Below the pieces are notes generated by a model. That model had not been told where the DNA came from. It ran no database searches and saw only the letters and a program-made list of their open reading frames with translations. 64,000 nucleotides of DNA from assembly GCA_003693705.1 (NCBI GenBank), contig RBZT01000706.1, positions 29,569 through 93,568 on the forward strand, written 5' to 3'. Of the stretch, positions 46,872 through 62,244 are shown piece after piece. This DNA is from Polymyxa betae A26-41 (Eukaryota; Protista; Endomyxa: Phytomyxea). Position 1 is the first letter of the stretch. Each line of letters starts with the position of its first letter. The position numbers and the translations under genes are program-made.

Positions 46872-47787
46872 ATGATTTCAGACCGGTCGGGACGCATCGT
46901 GTTGGTTGCATCGGAATCGACATCCCAAGTTAGATGTTTCTGTTCGTGCGCTATTGAAGTGTAATATTGGCCCAGGTGTTGTTCCTCACGAATCCAATGT
47001 CGAATCTGTAGTCTCGGTTCTTGGAAAAGCCTTTGAAAGTGGCGTCACATTGGTTGATATTTGTGAACCTCAAGGAACCCTTTTGTCAGCAGAAATTGTT
47101 CGGCAAGCCTGTGTTCGTCACAATAGCACACAAGACATAGTCATTTCGGGCCATGTTGGTATCCAAAACGGTGCCGTCGATCACTCGGAGGTTCGATTCT
47201 CCGGAATTCTTGCGATGAATTATAAGGTGATTTCTTTTGTTTAGGATTCGTTGAAATTTCAGCTGGAAGCACTTCTAGGAACACTTGGAACATCATCCAT
47301 TCCTTTATTGCATTTATCTGGAATTGATCAGAAGAATGATTGGCTTAATGCTATCAAAACTCTGAAAGACTTCCGCGATCAAAAGCTGTGTCAAATGATT
47401 GGAGTTTCCGAAGTCGATCCTAGCTACATCAAAGTTGCAATCAACGAAGCAGGAATTAATGCTGTTCGATATCCTTGCAGTGTCGTAAATCGCGAAGCAA
47501 TGACAAATGGCGTTCTAGATCTGTGTGATCGAAATTCTTTGGCACTGTTAGCCTCTCGCCCCTTCGGTTCGCGTGACGACTTTTCCAAGCTAACTCATCA
47601 TCCGGTCTTACGTCAGTTGGCTGAGAAGCATGATACGACTCCGCTACAGATTTGCCTTAGCTGGCTATTGCTAACGCCTTGTGTCATCCCGTTATCTCCA
47701 TTGTCCTCAGTCAGGATTGACGGTGCTAGCATCGATCTTGACCTTACCGATCTGGAATTGTTCCAAAAATTGCAAATGCAACTGTAA
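46872..47787 (+). CDS. Aldo-keto reductase-like protein (catalytic residues apparently substituted)
   Basis: AFESGVTLVD, L..L..L, IGVSE, LAEKHDTTPLQICLSWLL..VIP pattern; start approximate. Confidence 0.7.
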
Positions 47788-47934
47788 TGCTCTTCGTATC
47801 GTCTTTCTCTACAATATATTTAATTATGTAATCTACAATATGTACAGTGATTATGGATCACTACCGAGTCTGCAAAACTTCCTGTAGCCTGACGAGAACA
47901 GTTAAATGCATTTGCAGACTGACATGACAAGCAC

Positions 47935-50097
47935 CTACACACGCAAGCTTTTTTTGCAGCCTTTTACAGCCCTTTCAGCTCTAGCTTCGGCATCGTAGTT
48001 GCCTCTTGCTTTCTCTCTTGCTTGGACTTGGATTAAGCTTTCTGTAAGGTTCATCGCTAACAACCGATCAATCGGGACGTTAGTAACCATTCTGCGATTT
48101 TTAGGTATAGATTCCCCAGATAGCGAAAGCTAGCATACCGCTGTTTCTTGAACATGTACGCTCGGCAAAATAAGTTATCGAAGAAAATAATACTCATTAG
48201 CAATATTTCTGGCCAGGAATGATCAAGCAAGCGGCAGACGTTTCTTAAAACGTGGTCGTTACATAAAAGCAAAATCTGTGGAACTAAGCGTTAGGTATCG
48301 AATAATGTCGAAATACAACACCTTGCGAATTCGAAAACCAGCAGCAATATTGGCTAGGGCAGAAACAGTCTCTAGAATGATATTTGGATTTCGACCTTCA
48401 AGAAACTGTCCGAATTGAGAGATTAACTGAGCCGTAACCGAGTAATCATTCCAGAGCTTGTTGGTTTCTGGGACAAGAACATTTCCTATCAAAGCCATAG
48501 CGTTGATTTGCACCCTTTCTGACGGATCTTGAAGAATTGATTGCATCTCAGATATACTAATCATTCTAATTAACTGAAAAGCATATATAAACTCAAGTTC
48601 AATAGCCGAATCTAACGTACATCTGCTACCATCTCAGGAGTAGCGTTGTAACACCAATTTCTCAATGCCAGGCATGAATTTTCACGAAGAGATGTTGAAT
48701 TGGATTTGGCTCCCCTGATTAGCAAGAGCACTTGCAAGCGAGAAACATCAGGTCTTGGTAATGACATAGAATCAATCAAAAGGTTCGCTATGGATGCAGT
48801 TAGCGTAGTCGCAAACTGTAAATCATCGTCTGATAAATTTCCAGAGCACGAATCGTTCGGGGAATCAATATCCGTCATTCTGTCAGAATCAGACCTATAA
48901 GCAGCACCTAGCTCGTCAAATAAGACCTGAACCATGCCTATTTTAAACAGTTTCATTCGCGTGGAGCAAAATGAGCGAGAAAGTATTCGGATCAGATTCG
49001 CAGCAGCTCTGTTAAGAGAATATTTAGACCAAATGACAGGAGAAGGTTATTTCCTACAGGCGAAAATCCTTGCCATTTCTTAAACATGATTTGACCAATT
49101 GGAAATCCAACAGCGAACAGATTTGCCTTCGACAGGCTTCAGAGTGTGATGCTAGCGTTCCCAGAGCCTCTAAGGTAGCGCTAGAAGTAACTGAAACTAA
49201 CGTCGTAAGCACAGGCTGAGCATCAGGAATAAAAGAGGGATGATTTTGAAGAAGCGAGGTTAGAGCTCTACACTGATCATGAAAACAACGGGAGCGCTCT
49301 TTCTGGCTGACAGATAAAATGAGAATCTGGAAACTCCTTCTGAGCAGTTGCGAGAACTCAGGAATGCAATCTCTGAGATTGGAATGCATTTCAGAAACGC
49401 AAAGAATGGCTTTCGAATAGACGACAGGATCGTCGTGTTCAACTAAAGATAAGAACGAATCCATCGGAAAATTTCTGTACTCCCATTGCTGTTTAGACTG
49501 CAGGACAGAATGGAAAAACTCAAGACAGCTTGAAACCGCCGTATGTTGTCGAATACGAGAAAAGCAAACAGACAGCAAGGCTTCGCTATAGATGCCGATC
49601 TTTCTTGATGAGTATCTTGCAAATATTGAGAAACAGATCTCAGCAACACGATCACAGCCAGATTGTGTCCGCCAAACCAATTCTGGTAAAGGCAGTTCAA
49701 TATCATGATTAAAGTTCACAATGTTCCGGAGAATTTTTAACGCTGGAAGAACAAGATTGTTAGTGGAGCAACTCGAGCTAATAACGAAATTGATTAATTG
49801 CATGACTTGCACATCTAAAAGAAACGGCATTGCTTCCTCTAACGAAGCGATGGAAGCTATAATAGTCAAAATATGAACTAATGTATGCTGCTCGCCATGA
49901 GAACAGCTAATTTGCGCAATATTCAACAGCTCTTTAAACCCAGGTCCTAGTAGGAATTGCTTCTTCCGATAAGGATCGCCAACTAGCTGATTCCTCAACT
50001 CGCGGAGGTCGTCTTCGGATCTCCCAATGGGACACGGTAAAAATCCATCGAACTTCGACGATCTGGCCAATAATTCATCATCGATATCGATTGCCAT
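47935..50097 (-). CDS. ARMC8: Armadillo-repeat protein, ARMC8/Vid28 (GID/CTLH complex)-like
   Basis: LRELRNQLVGDPYRK N-terminal motif, RILSRS, SIANLL, LALRNW, ALANIAAG. Confidence 0.65.
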
Positions 50098-50849
50098 CTG
50101 ACCGGTCACGATCGAAATGGCGATGGTAGAAGAGACACCCGATTGCTATAAGTCTCAGTCTTGTAACATAGCATGGGGCGATGGTGCCATTCACACCCGG
50201 GAATTTGGGGTGACACCATGTTGGAAATTTGGCCTCTGCACTTAGACGGTGTCAGGACCATACTCGGGATGGCTGCGCCGCGTGCATGGTACTTTGGTAG
50301 TTTGGTTGCAGCTCCCATTTGCAGATAATGATGGATTCGAAACTTTTTTACCAGCTTGTCTGAGAGAGAACATCTGTTGTATTTGACTATGAAAGCCACG
50401 TGTTTTTAGAAGAATGTAGCATTCGTTTCGTGGAAGCTTTCCAAGAAGACTCAGAATCCTCTGGCAACCGGCTCAGCGAGTTAGGATGCAGGGCCAAGGA
50501 AAGGTATCCTACAGGCTACAGGCGTTGTCATCTGCGGTTGCTATGCCCATAATTTTTAGAATAAATCTATCCTTACGCTCACTTGGACGATATTCGCTTA
50601 ATCTAATTGACAGAGTCGAAAGTTTAACCTGAATCATGCAATAATTGAAAAAAGCGCGCCTGGACAGACAAAATTGAAAAAACGTAAATGGTGTGACATG
50701 TAACAGTTGCTGCGCACCTGGAGCCTTACAAGAAGAAAGCGAACCCTTTGCTTTCTTGGAAGTTCTGATTGTAATAGCTCTACTGCTGGTGCGAACCCAA
50801 CGAAAGGTGCTGCTCGCATCAGATACAACCTCAGTTGCCTATACTTATA

Positions 50850-52496
50850 ATGGCTTCGTATTATTCGTTTCCGATCTTGCCGGTGTCTGATCTGGTAGCA
50901 TGGCTTGCCAATCTGCCAGAACCACAGCCGCCTGTTACTTCTGTCGATCTCAATGCACCTACAGCGACAATGATGTCTACGGTTTACTCTCAATTCGTCG
51001 AGATGTTAACTGGGACGATTCCTAGCGCTGGCCCAAACGCCCTTGAAATAATGGACGAAAATCAATATCCACAACTGCACGAGCAATCTTTCGTGCAATT
51101 TGGAATGCTCAAGGTCTGTAAAATATTAACATCATAGAGCTATGTTTGAGCCTTTTTCAGGAACTATTCAAACTGATGGAATCTGTTGGAGTTCGTGATT
51201 TTTCATGGCGAGATGTTTTCTATCCAGAGAAAAAACGCACAATAAGGAATATTTCCGCTATTATAAATTTTGCAAAGTTTCGGCAAGATCATCTGGGAAC
51301 GTACCAAGAGTTAATGGATGACACCGAAAGAGTAGGACAGCTCGTATAGAGGATTGCTATGCTCTTATTGAATGTAGCTTGAAACTCAAAAAGATCGACT
51401 TAAAAATGAACTCGATGCTCTTCTGACACAAAGGGATGCCCTTCGTCAGCAAAAGGAAGCGGACGCTCCAAAGCTGAAGCAATGCGATTTGGAGATCGAT
51501 GAGCTTGCAGAGAAAATGCAAAAACTGCACAAGGTATGACTGCTGGATCAAGTAGTACTGGCTAAAGGCCTGTTAGGAGTGCAATGACTTAAAAGCCGAG
51601 TCTCGTGAGGAGAAGCAAAAGATCGAGAAGTGTAAGGATGACAATGAGAGTAACAAATTTCAGAACCTTAACATTCGAAACGACATTGAAAAAATATCTT
51701 CACAAATTGTTCGTTCCCCAAAACGGTAAAATTTGGAATCGTCCCTCAAAAATGTCATCATAATGGATGTATTAGTGTGAAAGAAAAGACATCGTTCCTG
51801 TTGGATTCTGTAGAATCACAGAAAAAAGAACTTGATTCGTTAACGAAAAAATTACGCTTCCTTGAAGATCGGTGCTCTGTTTCTGACAAATCGCTTAGAC
51901 GAACGAATAAAAGAGTAAAGACGCCAATGCTGTTCAATTCTTTATAAATGCTGAACCGATTCTAGATAAGCGAAATCCACACATTGGACGAGTTGTTAAA
52001 TCAAGTCAAAAAAGCGGCTAAGGAGCTGAAAGATATCGCCAGTGCGATAGCTTCCAATGAAGAGGCAATTAGCGAAACAATCCGAGAGGAACGGTTCGTT
52101 CGTGAACAAATGTCCAAAGCGACCGAGAAGATGTTCAATTTGCAAAAGAGTTTCGAAATGAAACGCTGCGAAGCTGATGCCGCCTTAAAAGAAGCAGAAG
52201 CTGAAAAGGAAGCCAAACTGGAAAAAGTTGAACAACAGCTTAAACAGGTCTCGAAGCTTTCCAAGAATATGCGGATTGACTAATTTCTGTTCTAGTGTGA
52301 GGCCAATCGAGCTGAAACAGAAGAGAAACGACGAGAAGCTACTGTGATTATGAACAACCACACGAAGGCGTTGGAGATGCTTCGAGCCAAGTTTGATGCC
52401 TTGGTTGTGCAAGTTCACGACTACCACACTCGAATGCAAACAATGATGGTTGATGCCATTCCTGTTCTAACTAATCTTACGAATGTTTCCAAATAA
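50850..52496 (+). CDS. NUF2: Kinetochore protein Nuf2 (multi-exon)
   Basis: SFPIL, GVRDFSWRD..PEKKRT..NISAIINFAKFR, followed by a long coiled coil. Confidence 0.92.
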
Positions 52497-52665
52497 AAGT
52501 CTAACCAGTGGTTATTGCCTCATTAGTCCACCAAGCTATTGCACAAGAGTAGACATACATAGTTACCATCAGCGATTTGGTTGCAATGCTGCGGAAGTTC
52601 TATTTCCAGCACTCCTCATGTTACAGTCTCCTTGACGACCAGGTAGGAGGGAGCTGATCTTCCTG

Positions 52666-55455
52666 ATGTCATTTGACTTCTCGAAATGGGCGTCTCAATC
52701 ATTAGCCAAGATTGAGGGCACGCTGGATCAGGCTTTTGGTCTAGAATCTACCGAGCTTCAGCAATCACAGACGGCGGCACCGCCATCACTGCCTTCGCTC
52801 TTCTCTATACCCTCTGCGCCAAGTTCTGAAACGGTCGCTGAGCAGAAATCATCCGATGACAATCTTACCGTTGATGGCTCTGAGAATTCTGAAACTATTT
52901 CGCTACACCAGCCAGTCGTCAGTATTCTGAATTTTAAATTTCATTTCTGATGCAAAACACAGAGCAATAATCTCGCGGAATCGGATAATTATAAATCGGC
53001 TGTTACCAAAGATACTGCTCCAATCAAGTTGCAGGACGACTGCAACAACAATGAATCAGGACCAACCTCCGAAGCTTCCATTGAATCCTTGAGGTCTCTG
53101 TTGGAGCAACAAAAACAACAGTGTACAGCACAAAGTGAACAGCTAGCGTTGCTTCATGCCGAAAAAGTGTAACGTCTGCTGGATGCGTTTGTTCTGACTG
53201 AAAATCTGTTTGAAAGATGGACTTGGAGGTAAAGCTGTCGCAAGTAAGCTCAATGGAACGTGAGCTGAGAGGTCTCGTAAATGAGCTAACAGCGAAAGAA
53301 CCGAATGCTGCTCAGACTGAGTTACAGAGGACAAAAGATCAAGTAAGTCGCTTCATTTTGTTTTGTCTTTTCAGTCATCTATCTAAATTTGTCTACGTTC
53401 TGGTCGTGCATTTATATCAGCCTTAGTTGCAAAGTTTACTTCTCGAAGGTGAGCAATGGTCAAAGCGACAGATGAAACTTGAAGGCGTGTTGAAGACTCT
53501 CAGAAAAGAGATGAAAGCTAAAGAATCTGAGATATCAGGGTTACGGACCGATGCTGTCACCACAGCTCAGACAATTCAGACATTGACTGACAAGTGTCAT
53601 ACTCAGGCAGAGACTGAGAAAGGTATCCTTATTGTATTCCAGGAAAGGCAATCATTTCATGCCAAATTAGGGCTTTTGGAGCGAATTGCGAGTTTAACCG
53701 GACAGTTCAATGAATTGAAGGCGGAATTGGAAAGGCTGATGCGCGAATCGGTTCTACAAGATAAAGAAACCATTGAATCGGTTGCCGTTACTGAGCGATT
53801 GGAAGCCAAACTAAGAGCACAGCAAATCGAAGCTGCTCATTGGAAAGTAGCATTCGATGAGCAAAGTGAACTTCAGGTTCGAATTTGTGTCATGCAAGAT
53901 CAGGTTGATCCCTGGTAACTGTGCATTTGATCAGTCATCTAATTTTTATATAGCTCAAAGAAGGAGAGATACGTGAGGAAACTCTTCGGCGTAATGTCAT
54001 TGATCTATCCGCTGAATTGAAATGCTTGAAAGCCGGCTCTGATCAAGAGCGCGTTCAACTTCGTGATCAGCTTCAACAGGTACATGATGCTCAGCTTAAA
54101 TCACGCTGTAGTCCAACACACTTCGCATAGGCTCGAGAGCAGCTCGATCGAGCATTATCCCAAACCGAGCAGCTTCGGCAAGAGATTCCCCTTGCAACAC
54201 AACCGCTTCTTAAACAGGTCAGTCGGCCTTCGTACACTCTTACTTTTATGTAATTGTCATTTAGATCGCGACACTTCAAGCGTTGCTGAAATCTCAGACA
54301 GAGAAATCGGAATCTACTGAATCTAAACTACTCCGAAAACTAGCTGAGGCGAAAAAAAGATTTGAGACAAGGAGGAGCTCAATGCAAACGTCCGAGAGCA
54401 ATTTAGTTGATGCACAAAAGGCTAATGAAGAACTTAAAGTTGGGTTACGGTCGTTTCTCTCGGCTGTCAGTGACCCCAAATATTTTAGTCGGAGTTGGAT
54501 TCAGCTCGGAAACAAAACGAGATGTTACTATTGGAGATTTCTGAGCTTAGAGAGACCACGGAATCATTACGCGGCAGTCTCAATCTGAAAGCGCAGCACT
54601 GTGACTCTTTGCATAAGAAGCTTACGAAAGATAAAAATGATGCACAGGAGGGTGCTAACAAGCTTCAAGAAGAGGTCGATTTCTTAGAATTAATTGCTAC
54701 TATTTTCCCAATTAGTCAATTTTACAGTTCGCTTATGCAGTGGCAAATGCTTCACGTCTGCAGAAGGAGCTTGAAGAAACGAGATCGGCCTTAGCACCAC
54801 TAGAGTTGACCTCATTGCAACAAAGCCAAGGCAATGGCTCCCTGCAACTTTTTGATAGACTGTTGTTGAAATTGAAATCTGTTTTAGATGCGAGGACAGA
54901 TGTCAGGAGAATCAATGATGAAAGACGGCAACGTTCCAGAGAGCTATCAGATTCAAAGATCGATATTCAAGATGCTAATGGTACGTCGCCCCTTTATGCC
55001 ACACGTGCCAATTGATTTAGTTTGTCTGAAGACAGCAAAAATTCTGTATTCGCTTACGAGATGAACACGCAATTGAGGAGACAGGAAGCTGAATTGGTTT
55101 CGTTGCGAGAAAGATTGTTAGAGATAGAAAGGGACAATGATATCCTTGCCGAAAAACTTGTTGAAGCTTCCGTTAAGAGCAGCTCGGACTTGGAGACAAT
55201 CAAGAATCTTCAAGCACAGTTCGATGCGCTCAATGTCAGACATGACATTGCATTAAATATCATTGGAGAGAAAACTGACCAGGTTTACTGCTCAATTTTC
55301 ATCGATCAACAGTTGTGTTGAATTTTGCTCAGGTGGATGAATTAAAGGCCGATCTAAAGGAATGTAAAGCGATTTTCAAAGAGCAACTGGAGTCGCTCCT
55401 GAGACAACAAGGCCAGGGTAGACAGAATGTTGGCAATTCGCGAAGTTTTGATTGA
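52666..55455 (+). CDS. TMF1: TATA element modulatory factor / golgin (TMF1/Sgm1/GC5-like)
   Basis: LLLEGEQWSK (TMF_DNA_bd-like) and C-terminal ALNIIGEKTDQVDELKADL (TMF_TATA_bd-like), with extensive coiled coil. Confidence 0.85.
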
Positions 55456-55817
55456 GAGTCGTATTGAAAATCCTAATCCAATTCTGGTCAATGACCCTCG
55501 AGAATCTAGCCCGATGGCTCGAACTAGCAATAAATGACTGTCGAAGCCAGAATGGATACCAATTGGGTTCACAAAATTCGCTGGCCGGCATCGCCTCTGA
55601 TGCTTAAAAGAGTTCACAAACAGATTTTGATTTGTTGTTGTTTCGCTACTGATTTCACACAAGAAGGGTTTGACTTTCTGACTTGATCGTTATAACGTTA
55701 CATGAAATCAGAGCCACTCAACGGCACGGCCAAGAGTTGCAGAGCCCTTCTTCACTTCCTCTTCATTCGCCTTTACTATTGGTCTTTGATGTATAGGCGC
55801 CTTGCTATGGTCCCTTC

Positions 55818-57204
55818 ATGACCGGGTTCGAATTCTTCGACCTGCCTGGTCACGGTAGGCAGAAAAATGGATTGTTGGACTTAGCAGTCATGCCCCCAGC
55901 TCCCGCTCTTCCAACCGCCGCGCTTCACAGTGGATCTGTCGCTGCAGATAGACGGTCGATGACGACCGAGAGCGACGATGGACACCACTCTCCGAAGAAT
56001 TCTTGGGGATTTTTCGTAAAAAAGATGAAGAGTCCAGAAGCTGCTGGGATTAAGGCTAAAATTGCCTCGTATGTCGATTTTTCCTTACAGATGGTTGAAT
56101 CATTCATTTTCCATAGGTTGCTGCATAAAATGACAAAAGATGCTGTTCTTGATGCTCAAGCTAGTCGAGTGATCACTTCCTTTCTTGATGGACCAGTTCT
56201 CGATCGCTCTAATCCACTTTGGGTTGGAGCAACGGACGATGAGATGCGTCAAGCCAGGGAGGGATTGCAGAAGTTCATCTTGAACAAAATGTACAAACAG
56301 TTGTTTGAATCAACTCCATCTGCTCGTTTACGAGATTCAGCACTTTCGGACCACATTCACAGGCTATGGTAGGATTAACTCGATTTTAACTGCTTGGGAA
56401 TAATGAAATGTATGCTTTTGAAGGTGGATTGAGCCATCTCATTTAGACATTCCCTCGAAATATACTGCTCATCCAAAATTACAATCTGCCCGGTTAGAAC
56501 TGCAAAAACTTGATCTATTTAAGCCACCTCAAGATAAGCTTATTTGCATCTTAAACTGCTGCCAAATTATATCAAGTATATCTCGTGCCAATTTATTAAT
56601 ACTATTCTTAAGCCTATTAGACGTTTTGATGTCTTCGAGCAAGGATGGCGCCTGTATTCCCCCTTCTGCTGACGACTTTTTGCCATTACTGATTTTCGTT
56701 ATACTGCAAAGTCATCTGAATAATCCCTTTTTGAATCTTCAGTTAGTCAAATGAAGTGGAAATGATCGAAATTCAAATGTTTCATATTAGGTATATCTCC
56801 ACATTCTGTCAATCGGACGAGTTGATGGGCAGTAGTGGCTATATGTTCACACATTTCTTCTCTGCGATAACATTCGTCGAGAACATAAACGCTTCTATTT
56901 TGGTGAACTGCAATGAGAGCGAATTCGAACGGTAAGATAATCTATTCTGTCTTCCCAAATCTGAATAATGACCAGTATGTGCTATGGCAACCAATCGTTT
57001 GATGGCGAGATATCTATGAACTTTGTCGATACCTCAGTGGCTGATTTACGAGTTTCTGACCTCCCAACGTTATTACAAGAGTACAAAACGATGGCAAAAG
57101 AATTGCGATCATCCAATAGACTGGAACGAAAAAATAAGGCGTCGTTATTGAAGCCTATGTTAGGTTTGATCAAAGGATCGAGAGAAAATAAAACTGTAAA
57201 TTAA
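55818..57204 (+). CDS. VPS9: VPS9-domain Rab5 guanine nucleotide exchange factor
   Basis: WIEPSHLDI, KPPQDKLICILNCC, SADDFLPLLIFV, GYMFT, DLRVSDLPTLLQEYK. Confidence 0.92.
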
Positions 57205-57254
57205 ATGGAATGTTTCATTTAGAGTTTATTTCAAAAACCCTTTTTTTGCTTTCA

Positions 57255-57968
57255 TTATAATTCCTCGGTTCGCGTTTCATTGGGTTTGATTTTGCCATCC
57301 ATTAGCTCTGTTTGGCATTTGCCAGTTTCTAGGTCAGAAGCGCCTGGCTCCTTCAAACTGTTATACACGAGATCGGCATGTTCATGAGCCCAATTCATAA
57401 CCCGGGCTTGTTGCTCTTCTTTCATTGTTGACCTCATTTGTTCCATAATAAGACGCAACGCCTCACCATGAATATGAAATTGATCTCGGGCCCGTTCTAA
57501 ATCCCTTCGTGCATCTTCACAAGCTTGAGCAGCGGCTGCATCAATACCAAGAACTGCTGATGCTGCCATGCTACAAATCTCGTCCAGTTCTTGACAGTTG
57601 GTGTCCAGGGCATTCTGAACGCCATGACCAACCAACGACAAATTTGTCAGCATATGAACGATGCCTTTACGGATTGAGGACGTCCTTGATTTACTGGAAG
57701 CGAACAGTAACGAATTAAGCAAGTCATTGACTAAAAACTGATCGAAACTCGGACGTTGATCAACGCCCTGCAGCAGTTCGCGAAGAGTGCGGTTCTCAAT
57801 CCGATACCGGGCCAGATTCAACTCGATCTGATGCCGATCTATTCTGGCTTTCTTTCTCGCTTGTACCGAACTCAATCGGTTACGGTCGCGTCGGTTCAAA
57901 ATCGGTCCGCCAGAGACGGCGGAATCTTCAGATGCCCAATGCCCAGATGGATCATCAGGATGCGGCAT
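57255..57968 (-). CDS. bZIP-domain transcription factor-like protein
   Basis: RRDRNRLSSVQARKKAR (N-x7-R) followed by leucine heptads IELNLARYRIENRTLRELL. Confidence 0.7.
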   Translation of the reverse strand: MPHPDDPSGHWASEDSAVSGGPILNRRDRNRLSSVQARKKARIDRHQIELNLARYRIENRTLRELLQGVDQRPSFDQFLVNDLLNSLLFASSKSRTSSIRKGIVHMLTNLSLVGHGVQNALDTNCQELDEICSMAASAVLGIDAAAAQACEDARRDLERARDQFHIHGEALRLIMEQMRSTMKEEQQARVMNWAHEHADLVYNSLKEPGASDLETGKCQTELMDGKIKPNETRTEEL

Positions 57969-58208
57969 CGTGCCGGTTTCTAATGAACTGTACGTCCACG
58001 TAGTACATAGAAGGCGTCACACCCGAATTCGGTCACGTGATCATGACAGCATGCTCTTTAGGCTGCCAAAAGTCATTCATTTAAGCGAACTGAACATGAA
58101 ATATATTGTTGAAAATCCATAGATAACGGAGTTGAGATTGACGAGCATTGGGCCGGCTTGACAGTGCTGTACAGCTCATCAAGAAGGATCCGTCCCTGAT
58201 GAGTTCGC

Positions 58209-58914
58209 TTACTGTACGTTCAAGGGGCGGGCTCGTTTCGGCTCGGGAGCTATAACAACCAGATCAAAACAACGAACAGACAAAAGGATAGGTTCAGCAG
58301 GTACCATTGGGATTCCCGGTCTCATAGAACGACTTGAATAGATCGATAGCTTCTTGCTTCCTAACACCAGAGATGATCTTATACGAGTTGTCACCAGATT
58401 CGATCTTCTCGATGTTATACACCGAACCATGTCCACCGAATCGCTCATTGAAACATCCGAACAGAACCGTCTCAAACTGCAGCTGTGCAAGCAACGATGC
58501 GCACATGATACACGGCTCGCCTAGGAAAAAATGTTACCGATCCGGGCGGCGTGGTCGTACTGGTCGCCCACATGTCACGTACAGCCGACACGACTGAAAC
58601 GAAAATTGCGGGTCCCGTTCCAGGATCGACTCGACAGCCACGAATTCGCAGTGCCTCGTAGCCTATTATGGACGACTGAGCTGGCCCAGCGCGTAACGTG
58701 AATGCACCGGCGATTACGTTACGGGACGCGACTGTGTCGTTGTGGGCGCGGGCGATCACGTTGTCGTGCTGGTCCACAATGACGCATCCGACCGGGACCT
58801 CGCTCCGTTCTAGCGCTAGACGGCCCTTCATGAAGACGTCAATGAGGGCGAAATCTGCAGCGAGTTTCCGCCAACCTGAGCCAGGGCTTCGTCCATAAAC
58901 GCTTCATCGGTCAT
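58209..58914 (-). CDS. ADAT2: tRNA-specific adenosine deaminase 2 (Tad2)
   Basis: FMDEAL, EVPVGCVIV, ATRHCEF, LYVTCEPCIMCA, FGCFNERFGG, FYETGNPNAP. Confidence 0.93.
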
Positions 58915-59916
58915 CAGCGAAGTCGGAAATATCTCGCAGTTTTCAAGAATATCAAGAAATTGGGATCGACAGCTGCCTGGAGCGACAGCTTTGCAGCAAT
59001 TATTGATTGACATAGTCTGCGACAACTCTGTATGAAACAATAATGAAGATATGTTTATTAGAATTCTAACAGCTGGTTCGATGCCGGTGTGGAGAAGATT
59101 GAAACTTAGACTGGATTGTTACAGAGATAACTGCAGAGCAGCTCCATACTATTGACCAAGTTTGATTCTATGCAGGCGCTTTGATTCAGTTCTCAACCAT
59201 CGGCAAAAAAACAGCAAACATTGAAATCAGCTTTCAAAATGTCAATAGACCGGCCCCGATCACACCCAAAGCTTCAACGAAAAAAACTAAACACAACGTC
59301 CAAACATCGACAACGTGAGGGAATTCAGAGTAAAATCGCTGAAATGAACGCTAGCTTGAAATGCAGAAAAGTTTCGAAGCAATCGTCACACAGACCCGGC
59401 TCCCATGAATTGTCTTCTGCTGGATATCCCTTCCATTTGACAAGAAATTCAACACAGCCACGTCCAGCTGGATCCTATACACACCCATCATCACTCTCCT
59501 ATCGATCCTTCACTAATAAAAATCATTCTACTTTGGATGGGTACAGCTTGACACGGCGTCCTGCTGCCCAATCAACATACGAGACATAGTTGACAGCTCA
59601 TGACCGACCTAGAATCGCTTCGACTTCCCATTCCTGATCATCCGACTCGATTCGAGTATCCGCCGGCAACGACTTTGATCGCGGCCGTCCTCTCGTACGT
59701 TTGGCCGGCGCCCCGGACAGGCTCTTTCGCTTTGGTCGGGCACGCTTCGTCATGCAAATTTGCAAATCTGCGCATCATCACGAGATGATCGTCAACATAA
59801 GACCACTTTTTCAAACCACTTTTTCAAATTCCAAAAAAAACTATTTCGCTTGTCGTCGGCAGTGGTAAGAACGCCGTTGTTAAATCAGAGACGTATTCTG
59901 GTCTCCATCATTGTGA

Positions 59917-61401
<1,485 letters not shown>

Positions 61402-61643
61402 AGCGAGTTAATCAGTGCAGTCCAGCAAATTTAGCTGCCGACAATCTGTACGATATGATGGCGCCTGAACTACAGCTTGTACATACGGTAATTGAATGAA
61501 AGGAACAATGGGTTTGCTGTACAAGAGCAATAGTTATATAATATTTACAAAAGTTTTTTACAGCAATGCGTTCTGTCTGCCATTCAGCCAATCGCCATAT
61601 AAATTGCATGAAGCAGATTGTCGACGCCATTCGCATTGATATT

Positions 61644-62244
61644 TTACAGTTGGTGGAGGCCTTTGGTCACAGAACCGAAATAAGCTTGATGTACTGGAGG
61701 TACAATAAACAGCAAGACGACGGTAACGAGAGCGATTACGAAGGCGATCAGACCGACAACATCAGCAGGGACCACGCCGAATCGCAACTCCACGACAACT
61801 ACGAAAACCGCGATTAAAGTTGGCAATGAATAACTTGAAGAGAACGAACTGAGATCGAAAGGGATAGGACGTTGGGCAAAATTAGCTTCTGGGCTAACGC
61901 CATGAAATCGGGTCGTAATCTTCAAATAGGAATTCGGCTCTGTCGCTACGAAGACTGCCTTATCCACATCGAGAAGGCGTCGACCGGTCTTGGGGACATG
62001 TACGTGGAATTCAGCCGGATACTGCTCGGCTGGTAAACAACTGCAGCATCAACGACGATGAACATACCACAGCCGAATGGGAGATTCGAGCTTCATACGA
62101 CCGCCCTGGGACCAGATCGCCGACGTTCAGGACCAAGGTCGAGCCAGGTATGATCTCTAGCTGGATTCCAACGCCGGCATACAGGCCGATATCAGCGACG
62201 ACGATCTGTTGTAGAATAATACAGCAGATGAGTGAGACAATCAT
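61644..62244 (-). CDS. Uncharacterised signal-peptide + single-TM protein (2 exons)
   Basis: Hydrophobic N-terminus, SYEARIS, RRLLDVDKAVF, C-terminal TM helix. Confidence 0.6.

Noticed and set aside
55766-55778. U5 snRNA loop-I-like TTCGCCTTTACTA
   Set aside because: One U short of the invariant GCCUUUUAC, and no convincing flanking stem or Sm site.
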